A stretch of 64,000 nucleotides of DNA, from assembly GCA_963722665.1 (NCBI GenBank), contig CAVRNW010000010.1, positions 5,761 to 69,760 on the forward strand, read 5' to 3'. Under the pieces are notes generated by a model. It had not been told where the DNA came from. It saw nothing but the letters and a program-made list of their open reading frames with translations, and made no database searches. Shown piece after piece: positions 34,259 through 44,153 of this stretch (the first letter of the stretch is position 1; every line of letters starts with the position of its first letter). The translations under genes were made by a program, and so were the position numbers. Source of the stretch: an uncultured Flavobacteriaceae bacterium (GTDB lineage: Bacteria; Bacteroidota; Bacteroidia; Flavobacteriales; Flavobacteriaceae).

Positions 34259-35155
34259 TTAGTTATTGTTGGTCAAATGCAGGAATTGTTCTTCCAGACT
34301 TTCTTTTCTTTTGACCAAATGAGATAGAATTATACCTTTATCAAATAGTAATTTATTGAATTCAGATGCTTCCATAGGTTCATTTAAAAAAGCTGTAATT
34401 AGGCCTTCTCTATCTTTAACACTTCCAATTGTATCAATTGTATTGAGAACCAATTTTAATTTTTCATGATCATCACATTTCAACTCAAAAAAACCATGGC
34501 TGGATATCATTTCATCCACTCTGCCTGAGTATAATTTTACGCCTTTTCTAAGAACAACAACATGTGAACAGACTTTTTCTACTTCATCGAGCAAATGAGA
34601 TGCCAGCAGGATGGTTGTACCATTTTTTGCAATATCCTTTATAAGTTCTCTAATTTGGTGAATGCCTTGTGGGTCCAAACCATTGGTTGGTTCATCAAGA
34701 ATGAGGATCTCCGGATTATTCAGCAGGGCAGAAGCAATTGCTAGCCTCTGTTTCATCCCAAGGGAAAAAGTACTGAATTTGCTGTTTTTTCTATCTAATA
34801 ATCCAACTAACTCAAGTTTATCATCAATTTCATTAAAATCAACCCCTTTAATTTTGCATACCAGCTTCAGATTTTGGTAGGCAGACATGTACGGATAAAA
34901 ATTTGGACGTTCTATAATGGCTCCAACCTTTTTTAAAGCATCGTGAGTACTTACATTCCCATCAAACCAATGAAAATCACCTTTTGTTTTATTTACCACA
35001 TTAAGTACAACTCCCAGAGTTGTGGACTTACCGCTACCGTTGGGTCCAAGAATACCATAAACATTTCCTTTATTAATGGTAAATGACAGGTCTTTAACAG
35101 CTGTTAAGTATCCGAATTTTTTAGTAAGATTGTTGATAGTAAGAATTGATTCCAA
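34259..35155 (-). CDS. ABC transporter ATP-binding protein (exporter type)
   Basis: Walker A GILGPNGSGKST, signature FSLGMKQRLAIASAL, Walker B ILILDEPTNGLDP and H-loop LASHLL. The apparent start is TTG. Confidence 0.85.
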   Translation of the reverse strand: MESILTINNLTKKFGYLTAVKDLSFTINKGNVYGILGPNGSGKSTTLGVVLNVVNKTKGDFHWFDGNVSTHDALKKVGAIIERPNFYPYMSAYQNLKLVCKIKGVDFNEIDDKLELVGLLDRKNSKFSTFSLGMKQRLAIASALLNNPEILILDEPTNGLDPQGIHQIRELIKDIAKNGTTILLASHLLDEVEKVCSHVVVLRKGVKLYSGRVDEMISSHGFFELKCDDHEKLKLVLNTIDTIGSVKDREGLITAFLNEPMEASEFNKLLFDKGIILSHLVKRKESLEEQFLHLTNNN

Positions 35156-35244
35156 GATGGTTTTTTTTGATCGGTAATAAATATACGACGAAGCTCTTTA
35201 AGATTTGTTACAAGATTTTAAATAAAAGCTTTAAATTTGAATCT

Positions 35245-36304
35245 ATGCAAGACTTAAAAATTTCTAAAAGAAAACCATCATATCTTGTATCTGAAAAGCT
35301 ACATCAATATCTTTCCAGATATAATAGAAATGTTAGAATTCCAATATTTTATGATGATTTACTTCGTTTTCAAGGTTCAGTTGTGGTTTATGATAAAAAT
35401 GAGAATGATACTCTGTGGATACGAGTGTATTACAACGAATTTGAACGTGAAGAAATAGATTTAAGCTTAAAAAAGATTTATACCATTTTGCATTCTGATG
35501 GTAATGAGAAAACTATCCCGTTTTTAAATGTTGATGCCATTGACTATTGCACTTTTGGAAACTCAAAACCATTCAGAATTAAGGTTAGGAATATTTTGAA
35601 TGATAACTTTACATATTTCTATATTAAAAAAGCAGATGCTTCCAGAGTTTACGGATTAGAGTTGGAACATATGTTATCACCATCAAATATTCACTTTTTA
35701 GTACATAAAGACACCTTGATTGAAGAGCATATTTCCGGGATTCCGGGAGATGAATTTATTAAAGATATGCTGCCAAATTGCAACAAATCTGAAAAAGCAC
35801 AAATAGCTAAAGAGTTTGTTAAATTCAATGAGCGGTGTATGATCAGGTTACTTGGTGATATGCGTTCATACAATTATGTCATAATTCCTACTCATGATTT
35901 TGATCAGGTTGTTTACAAGATAAGGGCTATAGATTTTGACCAGCAGAGTTATGAGGGCAAGCTTAATATTTACAGACCACAGTTTTTTAAAGAAAATTTT
36001 AAAATGGTTGAATTGGTTTCTGAAAGAATTCATAAAGAATCCATGGATCAATATGTGATTGGAGGAGCGATCTGCAATTGCTAAGAGAATATTAAGCTAT
36101 GAAGTTCGAATTGCCGAATTGGAGAACTGTATGATACATGATACTATTTCTAAAAGTGAAAATGTAAAGCTCCTAAAGTCTCAACTATATAATTATACGC
36201 ATGATGTTAATTTTAAGCGTAGTAAGAATATGGGAGAAATTTTAAGAACAGCTTTAGATTTTGTGAAGCGTAATTATGAGAATATTAATGAGAGTTATTC
36301 GTAG
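35245..36304 (+). CDS. Conserved hypothetical protein with protein-kinase-like catalytic motifs; one frameshift near 36060
   Basis: ATG at 35245 (MQDLKISKRKPS..). LLGDMRSYNYVI (D-x4-N-like) and IRAIDFDQ (DFG-like) suggest a kinase-like fold. ORFs 35146-36084 and 36059-36304 join as ..ESMDQYV|ERSAIAKRIL. Confidence 0.35.
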
Positions 36305-36486
36305 TTAAAAAGATATTTAGATTGCTTCACTTTTAGATTCAAGACATAAACTTTGGTATTTATTAACCTTTAAACTTTAGATAACTAACAATAATATTGG
36401 AAAGTAGCCAATATGTAAATAATCAATTATTATTCTTAAGTCTTGATTCTATTGGCCTATTGAGCAACGGTCATTGTTCTTCTGTA

Positions 36487-37002
36487 TCAATTCCAATTCT
36501 CATCGAAATCCAAATCGTTTAGATCATCTACATCATAGTCGTTATCAAATTCATCAGTATCACTAAACTCATCAGCTTCAAAGTTCCTTTCAGGCGCCTG
36601 TTCCGGGATTTGACCGTGGACATAAATTAAATTCGGATAGTCATGGCCATCCGTTTCTTCAATAATTTCAGCTAATTCAACAAAAAATGTCCACATGCTT
36701 AAGAAGTCATAGACATATATCAATTTAGTTTGTGCTTTATGAATTTCGGAATTAATAAATGTCTCACTCATTAAGCGAGTAGGTGATGAGCCTTCACTTA
36801 GGTCAAATAAAGAGATCTCCTCTCCTTGATTCCATTCATCATCACTTAAATAGAACGAGGCCATTTCACTTCCGTCAAAACCAAAGGATTGTGCAATAAT
36901 ATTGTGCAAATCTTCAAGGGTATCTGTTGCTCGAATTTCAAGATCTCTGAAAATATCTTCTTCAGTGTCATTATCCAGAATTACTCTAAATCGATATATC
37001 AT
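36487..37002 (-). CDS. pRiA4b ORF-3-like (PF07929-type) domain protein with a strongly acidic C-terminal tail
   Basis: MIYRFRVILDNDTEEDIFRDLEIRATDTLEDLHNIIAQSFGFDGSEMASFY fits the family pattern (..R.l.v....tL.dLH.vI....g.....h...F). The tail is EADEFSDTDEFDNDYDVDDLNDLDFDENWN. Confidence 0.45.
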   Translation of the reverse strand: MIYRFRVILDNDTEEDIFRDLEIRATDTLEDLHNIIAQSFGFDGSEMASFYLSDDEWNQGEEISLFDLSEGSSPTRLMSETFINSEIHKAQTKLIYVYDFLSMWTFFVELAEIIEETDGHDYPNLIYVHGQIPEQAPERNFEADEFSDTDEFDNDYDVDDLNDLDFDENWN

Positions 37003-37033
37003 TGTTAGAATTTAATATAAATTTACTTTTTTA

Positions 37034-38053
37034 TTATTTACTAAATCTGTGTAGTGTTAACGTAAATGCACTTAATAACAAAAACGCACCAACCTGATGG
37101 GCCACTCCTAACCACACGGGAACTTGATAAATTATGGTAAGAACTCCCAAAAGGAATTGTAATAACACCATGATCATTAAACTATTGACTCCGATTAACT
37201 GATATTTAGTTAACGGACTCATTATTTTTGCTTTGTAATAGATTAAAAAAACCAGGGCACAAACCAGGTAAGCCAACATTCTATGAACAAATTGCACGCC
37301 GCTTTTTCCTTCAATAAAGTTTTTGTAAACCGGATTCTGTTCAATAAAAACTGTTTCATGTATCCATTTACCTTCGCTCATAAGCGGCCAGAAATTATGA
37401 ATGTATCCTGCATCCAATCCGGCAACAAATGCTCCATATATAATTTGGATCAGTAGCACTATTAATCCAACTCCAACTAAATTCCTAAATTTTTTATTAA
37501 TCTCTTTTTTATCCGGAAAGATCAAGTCTAAGGCTACCCAAAAAGTTAAGGCAAAGGTTATAAAAGCAGTTGTTAAATGAGCTGCTAACCTGTAATGGCT
37601 AACATCTGGTCGGTCAATGAGGCCGCTTTTTACCATGTACCAACCCAAAAACCCCTGAAATCCTCCCAATAAAAGCAATAATATTGATTTTTTGACAGTA
37701 GGCCTTGATAGTTGTTTGGTAAATAAAAAATATAAGAATGGTAAAATAAAGACCAATCCAATAAATCTGCCAATGACCCGATGTATCCATTCCCAAAAGT
37801 AAATGTCCTTAAAATCCTGTAAAGTAAAATGCGTATTTAATTTTTGGTATTCCGGGAATTGTTTATAATTGTCAAAAGCCTCCTGCCATTCTATTTCGTT
37901 CAATGGTGGAATGGTTCCTGAGATAAGTTTGTAACTAGTAATTGATAATCCTGAATGTGTTAAACGGGTAATTCCACCTACGATTACCATTACAAAAATT
38001 AAAATACAACCAATTAATAACCAATAAATTACTTTTTTGTTATCCTTTTTCAT
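37034..38053 (-). CDS. ctaA: Heme A synthase (COX15/CtaA family)
   Basis: VMVIVGGITRLTHSGLSIT.., IPPLNEIEWQEAF..YKQFPEY, conserved His residues in TM helices (WIHR, AAHL, FVHR, VAHQ), 8 TM. Confidence 0.8.
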   Translation of the reverse strand: MKKDNKKVIYWLLIGCILIFVMVIVGGITRLTHSGLSITSYKLISGTIPPLNEIEWQEAFDNYKQFPEYQKLNTHFTLQDFKDIYFWEWIHRVIGRFIGLVFILPFLYFLFTKQLSRPTVKKSILLLLLGGFQGFLGWYMVKSGLIDRPDVSHYRLAAHLTTAFITFALTFWVALDLIFPDKKEINKKFRNLVGVGLIVLLIQIIYGAFVAGLDAGYIHNFWPLMSEGKWIHETVFIEQNPVYKNFIEGKSGVQFVHRMLAYLVCALVFLIYYKAKIMSPLTKYQLIGVNSLMIMVLLQFLLGVLTIIYQVPVWLGVAHQVGAFLLLSAFTLTLHRFSK

Positions 38054-39464
38054 ATGTTTTTAATCCTAGCTTTTTTCCTTCTTCAAGCATTAAATTGAAT
38101 GCCGCCTCATGCTCATTTGGAATGTCTCCTTCGAGGATGGCTTCTTTAATAACTTCTTTTATCAATCCAATTTCTCGTGATGGTTGCAGATTAAAAGTTT
38201 TCATAATTTCTTCACCCGAAACAGGAGGTTGAAAATTACGAATGTGGTCCCTTTCTTCAACCTCTACAATTTTTTCACGCACAATTTTAAAGTTGTTATG
38301 ATATTTTTTGAAACGTGTTTTGTTTTTTGTTGTAATGTCAGCTTCGCATAAAGTCATCAGATCATCAACGTAGTCCCCGGCATCAAAGACCAGTCGTCTT
38401 ACGGCAGAATCAGTTACAGTCTCTTCTGCTAATGCAATAGGTCTGGAACTCATAAATACCATTTTTTGAACAAACTTCATCTTTTCATTTAAGGGCATTT
38501 TGAGTCTTTTAAATAATTGATAAACCATTTTAGATCCCTCAAACTCATGCGCATGAAAGGTCCAGCCAACTTTTTCACTAAATTTTTTAGTTGGCGCCTT
38601 ACCAATATCGTGCAAAAGAGCAGCCCAGCGCAACCAGATATTCTCTGTTTTTTCTGAAATGTTATCAACGACTTCAAGTGTGTGGTAAAAATTGTCCTTG
38701 TGTCTTTGTCCGTCGACTTCATCAATTCCTTTAAGAGCTGTTAATTCAGGAATGATTTTATCTAACAAACCAGTTTCTTCCAGCAATAGAAATCCTTTTG
38801 AAGGTTTTCTGCTTTCCAGAATTTTGTTTAGCTCAACAACTATACGTTCGCTTGTTATAATATTGATCCGAGCATTATTATTTGTAATGGCATCAAGTGA
38901 TCTTTGTTCAATCCTAAAGTTTAATTGGGAGGCAAATCGTATGGCTCTCATCATTCTCAACGGATCATCGCTATATGTTATAGTTGGATCTAAAGGAGTT
39001 CTTATGATTTTATCTTCAAGGTCCTTTATACCATTAAAAGGATCCAGTAAATCACCAAATGTTGCCTCACAAAGGTCTAAAGCCAGTGCATTAATCGTGA
39101 AATCTCTTCTGTTTTGATCATCTTCCAAAGTGCCATCTTCGACCATTGGATTCCTACTGTCTTCGCTATACGATTCTTTTCTTGCACCAACAAATTCAAT
39201 TTCAATATCTTCATGTTGAAGCATTGCAGTTCCATAGGTTTTAAAAACCTGAACTTTTGGATTGCCTGAAAGATTTTTTGAAACTTGTTTGGCTAGATCT
39301 ATTCCGCTGCCAATGGCAACAATATCGATGTCTTTTGTAGTTCCTCGCTTTAAGATAAAATCACGAACAAACCCGCCTATGACGTAACTTTTTAACCCAA
39401 GTTCTTGGGCAGAATTAGATATAACTTTAAAGATTGGATTTGTAAGTGCTTGCTTGTAATTCAT
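38040..39464 (-). CDS. cca: CCA tRNA nucleotidyltransferase / poly(A) polymerase-family enzyme with an HD domain
   Basis: YVIGGFVRDFIL..KDIDIV, RRDFTINALA and DPLRMMRAIRFA in the head domain. HD domain: YHTLEVVD..ALLHDIGK. Confidence 0.8.
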   Translation of the reverse strand: MNYKQALTNPIFKVISNSAQELGLKSYVIGGFVRDFILKRGTTKDIDIVAIGSGIDLAKQVSKNLSGNPKVQVFKTYGTAMLQHEDIEIEFVGARKESYSEDSRNPMVEDGTLEDDQNRRDFTINALALDLCEATFGDLLDPFNGIKDLEDKIIRTPLDPTITYSDDPLRMMRAIRFASQLNFRIEQRSLDAITNNNARINIITSERIVVELNKILESRKPSKGFLLLEETGLLDKIIPELTALKGIDEVDGQRHKDNFYHTLEVVDNISEKTENIWLRWAALLHDIGKAPTKKFSEKVGWTFHAHEFEGSKMVYQLFKRLKMPLNEKMKFVQKMVFMSSRPIALAEETVTDSAVRRLVFDAGDYVDDLMTLCEADITTKNKTRFKKYHNNFKIVREKIVEVEERDHIRNFQPPVSGEEIMKTFNLQPSREIGLIKEVIKEAILEGDIPNEHEAAFNLMLEEGKKLGLKTYEKG

Positions 39465-39501
39465 TATATTAATTTCCAGAAGTACTAGCTAATGTAAAAT
39501 C

Positions 39502-40059
39502 TTACCTAATAACTTTAACAACTCCATCATTACTTAACTTTATAATAGAGGATGGTTTTCCAGCTTTTTTTTTGTCGTGCAAATTTACAACATAGTCAAC
39601 ACCTTTTAAAATCTCTTCTGAAATTTCTTTGAAAGTTCTGGGAGTCGAACGATCGCTTAAATTGGCGGATGTGGAAACGATGGGTTTTTTGAATTTCTTA
39701 AGCAAAGCATTGCAGAATCCTTCTCTTACCACTCTAATTGCCAATGTGTTGTCACTGCCAATTAAATTTTCCGCAACATGCAAGGGTCTGTCATAAATGA
39801 TTGTTGTAGGTTTTACAGCGTATTTTATGATATCGTAAGCAACTTCAGGGACCTCTTCAATGTATTGATTCAGCATTTTAAAGTCACTTACAATACAGAT
39901 CATTGATTTGGATTCCTTACGCTGTTTAAGTCGATATAATTTTTCAACAGCTTCATAATTTGTTGCATCACAGCCAATTCCCCAAACAGTGTCAGTAGGA
40001 TATAATATGGTCCCTCCTTTTTTAAGTATTTTTAGTGCATTGTTAATTTCTATTTCCAT
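39502..40059 (-). CDS. tsaC: L-threonylcarbamoyladenylate synthase (TsaC/YrdC/Sua5 family)
   Basis: GGTILYPTDTVWGIGCDATN, KQRKESKSMICIV, PIVSTSANLS. Confidence 0.8.
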   Translation of the reverse strand: MEIEINNALKILKKGGTILYPTDTVWGIGCDATNYEAVEKLYRLKQRKESKSMICIVSDFKMLNQYIEEVPEVAYDIIKYAVKPTTIIYDRPLHVAENLIGSDNTLAIRVVREGFCNALLKKFKKPIVSTSANLSDRSTPRTFKEISEEILKGVDYVVNLHDKKKAGKPSSIIKLSNDGVVKVIR

Positions 40060-40086
40060 TTAAACTATTTCCATTTAAATCTATTA

Positions 40087-40755
40087 TTATTCTTTTACTG
40101 CTACGGTCACATACTGTGGATACATTATATCCAGGGCGGTAAATAAAAACAGAATATTATATAAATACACTTTTAATGATTTACTTCTATTAATACCATG
40201 GTTTTTTTCAACATGAAAGCCAGCTTCTTCATACATTCTTCTTATACTTTTTCCTGTAAAAAAACGTAAATGCGTTCGGTCCATTACTCCGTAATCTTCA
40301 TATTTCCAATCCTTTTGGAATAAAACTTTCATGAATGTATTATGGTATCTAACATTGGGAATAGAACTTATTATTCTGCCTTGTTTTTTAAGTTTAAACT
40401 TTATTTGCTCCAGCACTAAATAGGGGTCTACAAGATGCTCTAAAACATCATTAAAGAAAATGACATCAAAGTAATTATCGGGTAGATTATCTATATTATC
40501 TTCACATGATCCTGCAAATACTTTGTCCAGTATTTTTTTTGCTTTGGCTGCTTCATCTTCCATAAGCTCAATTCCCCAGACTTCGGCACTATTTTTTTCC
40601 TTCACTGCTTTAGCAAAAACGCCATCTCCACAGCCAACATCTAAAACTCTTTTTGCATTATTTGGCAAAAAATGTATCATTTCTTCTCTTGTATTTGAGA
40701 AATAATCATGAGGCTTATTCTTATAGTCCATAAATATAGTTGTCAAAATAGACAC
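40087..40755 (-). CDS. Class I SAM-dependent methyltransferase
   Basis: Motif I VLDVGCGDGVFA, plus the post-I acidic residue and motif II FDVIFFNDVLEHL. Confidence 0.7.
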   Translation of the reverse strand: MSILTTIFMDYKNKPHDYFSNTREEMIHFLPNNAKRVLDVGCGDGVFAKAVKEKNSAEVWGIELMEDEAAKAKKILDKVFAGSCEDNIDNLPDNYFDVIFFNDVLEHLVDPYLVLEQIKFKLKKQGRIISSIPNVRYHNTFMKVLFQKDWKYEDYGVMDRTHLRFFTGKSIRRMYEEAGFHVEKNHGINRSKSLKVYLYNILFLFTALDIMYPQYVTVAVKE

Positions 40756-40817
40756 TAAATTTACTTATTATTATTTAATTTGTGGAGATTGATTCTTAAA
40801 AGTAAATAGTTTTGAAA

Positions 40818-41732
40818 ATGGATGTTAGTGTAATAACGATTAACTATAATAATTCCGATTTAACTATTGATTTTGTTAATTCTGTTTTAGCTACAACTTC
40901 GAACTCCTTGGCTTATGAAATTATTGTAGTTGATAATTGCTCCAAGCCGGATGATTATAAAAATTTATACAGCGAGCTAAGTAATACACAAGATGTAACC
41001 CTCATTCGAAACAATATTAATTCAGGGTTTGGTGCAGGAAATATGTTAGGCACTTTATATGCAAAGGGACAGTATCTTGCTTTTGTAAACAATGATATTA
41101 TTTTTTTTGAAGATTGCTTAACTTCGTTATTCAATTTTATGAATAATCATTTTGATGTAGGTGTTTGTACCCCACAACAACTAAACGAAAATAAAGAACC
41201 TGTTTCATGTTTTGATTATTTTCATGGTATTAGAAAACTGGTTTTAGGCAGAAAATTTATTGAACTATTTATTCCTAAGGACGCGCCAAGACGAGCCAAC
41301 AAATTATATACTGAAACCTGTTATGTCGATTTTATTCAAGGATGTTTTATGTTCTTTAATGCAAAAAGTTTTGCTAAGGTTGGAGGATTTGATACCAATA
41401 TATTTTTGTATTATGAAGAAATGGACATTTGCTACAGATTAAAAAAACAAGGTTTTAAAAGTTGCCTGTTTCCTGAGACTAAATTTTTGCATTATCATGG
41501 TGTAAGCACAGGAAAGAATTTCGATATAAAAAAGGAACTTCAATTGTCATATTTTTATGTTATAAAAAAGAACAATAAATTTGTCAAATACTTGATAATA
41601 AAATATATAGGAGTATTTAAATACGTTTTAAAAGGCTTCGGAAATATTAAATATTTGGGTTTAGCTCATATAATTCTTCAAGGAAGTTATTTAAAGAATT
41701 CATTAAAACAAAAACAGGAAATGGAACTTTAA
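40818..41732 (+). CDS. GT2-family glycosyltransferase
   Basis: VSVITINYNNSDLTIDFVNSVL.., IIVVDNCS, NSGFGAGNM, FVNNDIIF (DxD-like) and YYEEMDICYR. Confidence 0.75.
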   Translation: MDVSVITINYNNSDLTIDFVNSVLATTSNSLAYEIIVVDNCSKPDDYKNLYSELSNTQDVTLIRNNINSGFGAGNMLGTLYAKGQYLAFVNNDIIFFEDCLTSLFNFMNNHFDVGVCTPQQLNENKEPVSCFDYFHGIRKLVLGRKFIELFIPKDAPRRANKLYTETCYVDFIQGCFMFFNAKSFAKVGGFDTNIFLYYEEMDICYRLKKQGFKSCLFPETKFLHYHGVSTGKNFDIKKELQLSYFYVIKKNNKFVKYLIIKYIGVFKYVLKGFGNIKYLGLAHIILQGSYLKNSLKQKQEMEL

Positions 41733-41744
41733 ACTCACAGGTTT

Positions 41745-42554
41745 TTAGTTGGTTTTTAAATACTGGTCAATTCCCTTCTTTATGCTAGTTATTTTATTCT
41801 TGGTAGTGTTGTCTTCGATTTGTTGATTTAAATAAATATGGTCTTTAGATTGTTCTTTATGATAAATATGGTAAACAATGCCCTTATAGCGTAGTCTCTT
41901 TGCGTTGACACCTATGTTATGAAGTCTCTGAGCCATTTCAGAATCATCAATTCCCCAGCCTACTAGCTCTTCATTAAATCCGTTTATTTTTATAAAATCT
42001 GCTTTCCAAAAAGACATGTTGCAACCACGTAATTTTTTAGACCGACTATTACTGACTTTATAAAGATTTCCTAGAATGGGAATCCGCAATGTCCTGGTTC
42101 TTTTTTTTATTCCTTTTGTGAAAAAATTAAAGCGGATTTGTTTTTTATCAAACAATGTATTCAAATGATCACTTTTGATATTGACTCTTGATCCATACAG
42201 ATAAGTATTTTGCTTTGCAGAACTTAAATGATCTTTTACAAAATCCTTATGCATGATAATATCACCATCAATTTCAATGATATAGTCATATTTGGATGCT
42301 GCAATAGCTTTGTTCATGATCTTTGGCTTCTGATTATTATCATCTTTATGCCAGATATGAATCAAAGGAACTGGAGATATGGTTTTATAATGATCGATCA
42401 ACTTTTTAGTATCCTCCTTAGAGCCGTCATCAGCAATAATTATTTCGTTTGGTAAGTGACTTTGATTTAAAGCGCTTAGAAGAAGTAATTCTAATGCTTC
42501 CGGCCAATTATAGGTTGGTGTAACAAGACTGCATGTCGGTAATTTTCTGGACAT
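41745..42554 (-). CDS. GT2-family glycosyltransferase (LPS-core type)
   Basis: CSLVTPTYNWPEALELLLLSALNQSHLPNEIIIADDGS, EIDGDIIMH (DxD) and GWGIDDSEMAQRL. Confidence 0.75.
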   Translation of the reverse strand: MSRKLPTCSLVTPTYNWPEALELLLLSALNQSHLPNEIIIADDGSKEDTKKLIDHYKTISPVPLIHIWHKDDNNQKPKIMNKAIAASKYDYIIEIDGDIIMHKDFVKDHLSSAKQNTYLYGSRVNIKSDHLNTLFDKKQIRFNFFTKGIKKRTRTLRIPILGNLYKVSNSRSKKLRGCNMSFWKADFIKINGFNEELVGWGIDDSEMAQRLHNIGVNAKRLRYKGIVYHIYHKEQSKDHIYLNQQIEDNTTKNKITSIKKGIDQYLKTN

Positions 42555-42623
42555 AAAATATTTATTGATGTCAAAATTAACTATTTAAACTTATTTTTGC
42601 CCGACTATAAGTTAGTATTTAAA

Positions 42624-43389
42624 ATGAATAAGGTTATTAATAAGGCATTTGAATCAAAATCTAAGCTGATTGATGATATCATAAATGATTTTGATACTCG
42701 AGGAGAAGATTTTGGAAATCAGGATAGAAATACTTTGAAATTATTCCATCTTGATGGCCTTACAGTTAATGTAAAATCATTTAGGATTCCCAATATTGTA
42801 AACCAGATTGCCTATAAATTCTTTAGAAAAAGTAAAGCGCAACGATCTTATGAATATGCTAAGAAATTACAAGATTTGGGAATCGGAACGCCTAAGCCCA
42901 TTGCTTACTACGAATTTAAAACAGCTTTTTTGTTTAAAGATAGTTTTTATATAAGTGAGCATTTGGATTATGATCTTACCTATAGAGAACTCACCACAGA
43001 TTTTGATTACCCAGATTACGAAAATATTTTAAGGGCCTTTACCAGATTTACCTATGACCTCCATCAAAAGGGAATTAATTTTCTGGATCATTCTCCCGGA
43101 AATACGTTGATAATCAAAAAAGGAAATGAATATGAATTCTTTCTTGTTGATCTGAACAGAATGAAATTTGAATCAATGGATTTTTCAAACTCGGATGAAA
43201 AATATGTCCAAGTTGACCATTCATAAACATATGGTAGAGACAATGAGTGATGAGTATTCAAAATGTTCTGGTGAGGATTACAAAATTATCTTTAAAGCTA
43301 TTTGGAACGAAACTCAAAAATTCCAATATAGATTCTACCGAAAAAAAAGATTAAAAAATAAACTTAAATTTTGGACTGAAAAATCCTAG
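42624..43389 (+). CDS. Lipopolysaccharide kinase (Kdo/WaaP/InaA) family protein; one frameshift near 43170-43225
   Basis: NTLKLFHLDGLTVNVKSFRIPN.., kinase catalytic-loop-like INFLDHSPGNTLI and FLVDLNRM. ORFs 42597-43226 and 43168-43389 are contiguous parts. Confidence 0.6.
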
Positions 43390-44153
43390 CTCTCCTTGTT
43401 TTTCTTTTGCAATTCGTAGAGCTTGATATACTTTAAAAAAGTCACATTATAGGTTTGAATACAAATGATGAAGCCGTTAAGTCCATCCAAAAATCCTAAC
43501 CTTAAAAAATAAGCCTTGAAAAATGCCCAAAATGGTCTGTAAACGATCTTCCAAATGTTAGACTTTTCGCCTTTTTCAAAATAAGCTTGAGCGGCAATAG
43601 TTGAAAAACTTTCAACCTTTTCATTATGCTCCCTGGTAATCTCTGTAAATCCAGTGAAGCAAGTTTCCTTTTAATTTCCCGAGACTTTTTGGATTATTAA
43701 GGACAAATTTATCATGCGGGTTCATGCCTTGCCATGTTCCGGAATCTTTTTTGAAAAATCGCAGTTTTCTGTCCGGATACCAGTCGGAATGCTTTATCCA
43801 CTGGCCACAATAATTGTTAAGTCGGTTGCAATAATAACCATCAAATTCCCATTTCTTTTTTACTTCAAGAATAGATTTCTTAAGTTCTTCTGATAAGGCC
43901 TCATCGCCATCCAAAGCTAAAACATGATTATTTGTAGCCTGCTTCAAAGCAAAATTTTTCTGTTCAATATATCCGAGGAACTTTTGCTGGATAAATTTAA
44001 CGTTTTAAATGATTTACAAATGTCTGGAGTTCTATCAGTGGAAAAAGAGTCAACAACTACTATTTCATCAACAACATCAATTAAAGATGTTAAGCACTTT
44101 TGCAAATGCTCTTCTTCATTATAGGTTATAATTACAGCTGATATTTTAACCAT
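43386..44153 (-). pseudogene. GT2-family glycosyltransferase (LPS-core type), two frameshifts
   Basis: N-terminal piece MVKISAVIITYNEEEHLQKCLTSLIDVVDEIVVVDSFSTDRT (43944-44153). Middle piece ..VLALDGDEALSEEL.. (DxD; 43624-43947). The C-terminal piece, read in a third frame, is EHNEKVESFSTIAAQAYFEKGEKSNIWKIVYRPFWAFFKAYFLRLGFLDGLNGF..LYELQKKNKES with a stop at 43386. Confidence 0.65.

Noticed and set aside
33403-35155. ABC ATPase plus permease next to the gliding-type cargo genes as possible GldA/GldF gliding-motility transporter components.
   Set aside because: The permease is an ABC-2 type of 274 aa and there is no GldG-like third gene. The ATPase sequence looks like a generic exporter ATPase, so adjacency alone is insufficient.
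36487-37002. The pRiA4b-ORF3-like protein (sometimes annotated as an IS-element passenger gene) as a marker of a mobile element.
   Set aside because: No transposase, integrase, terminal inverted repeats of an IS, or target-site duplication are visible nearby. The flanking genes are core genes (heme A synthase, ABC exporter).
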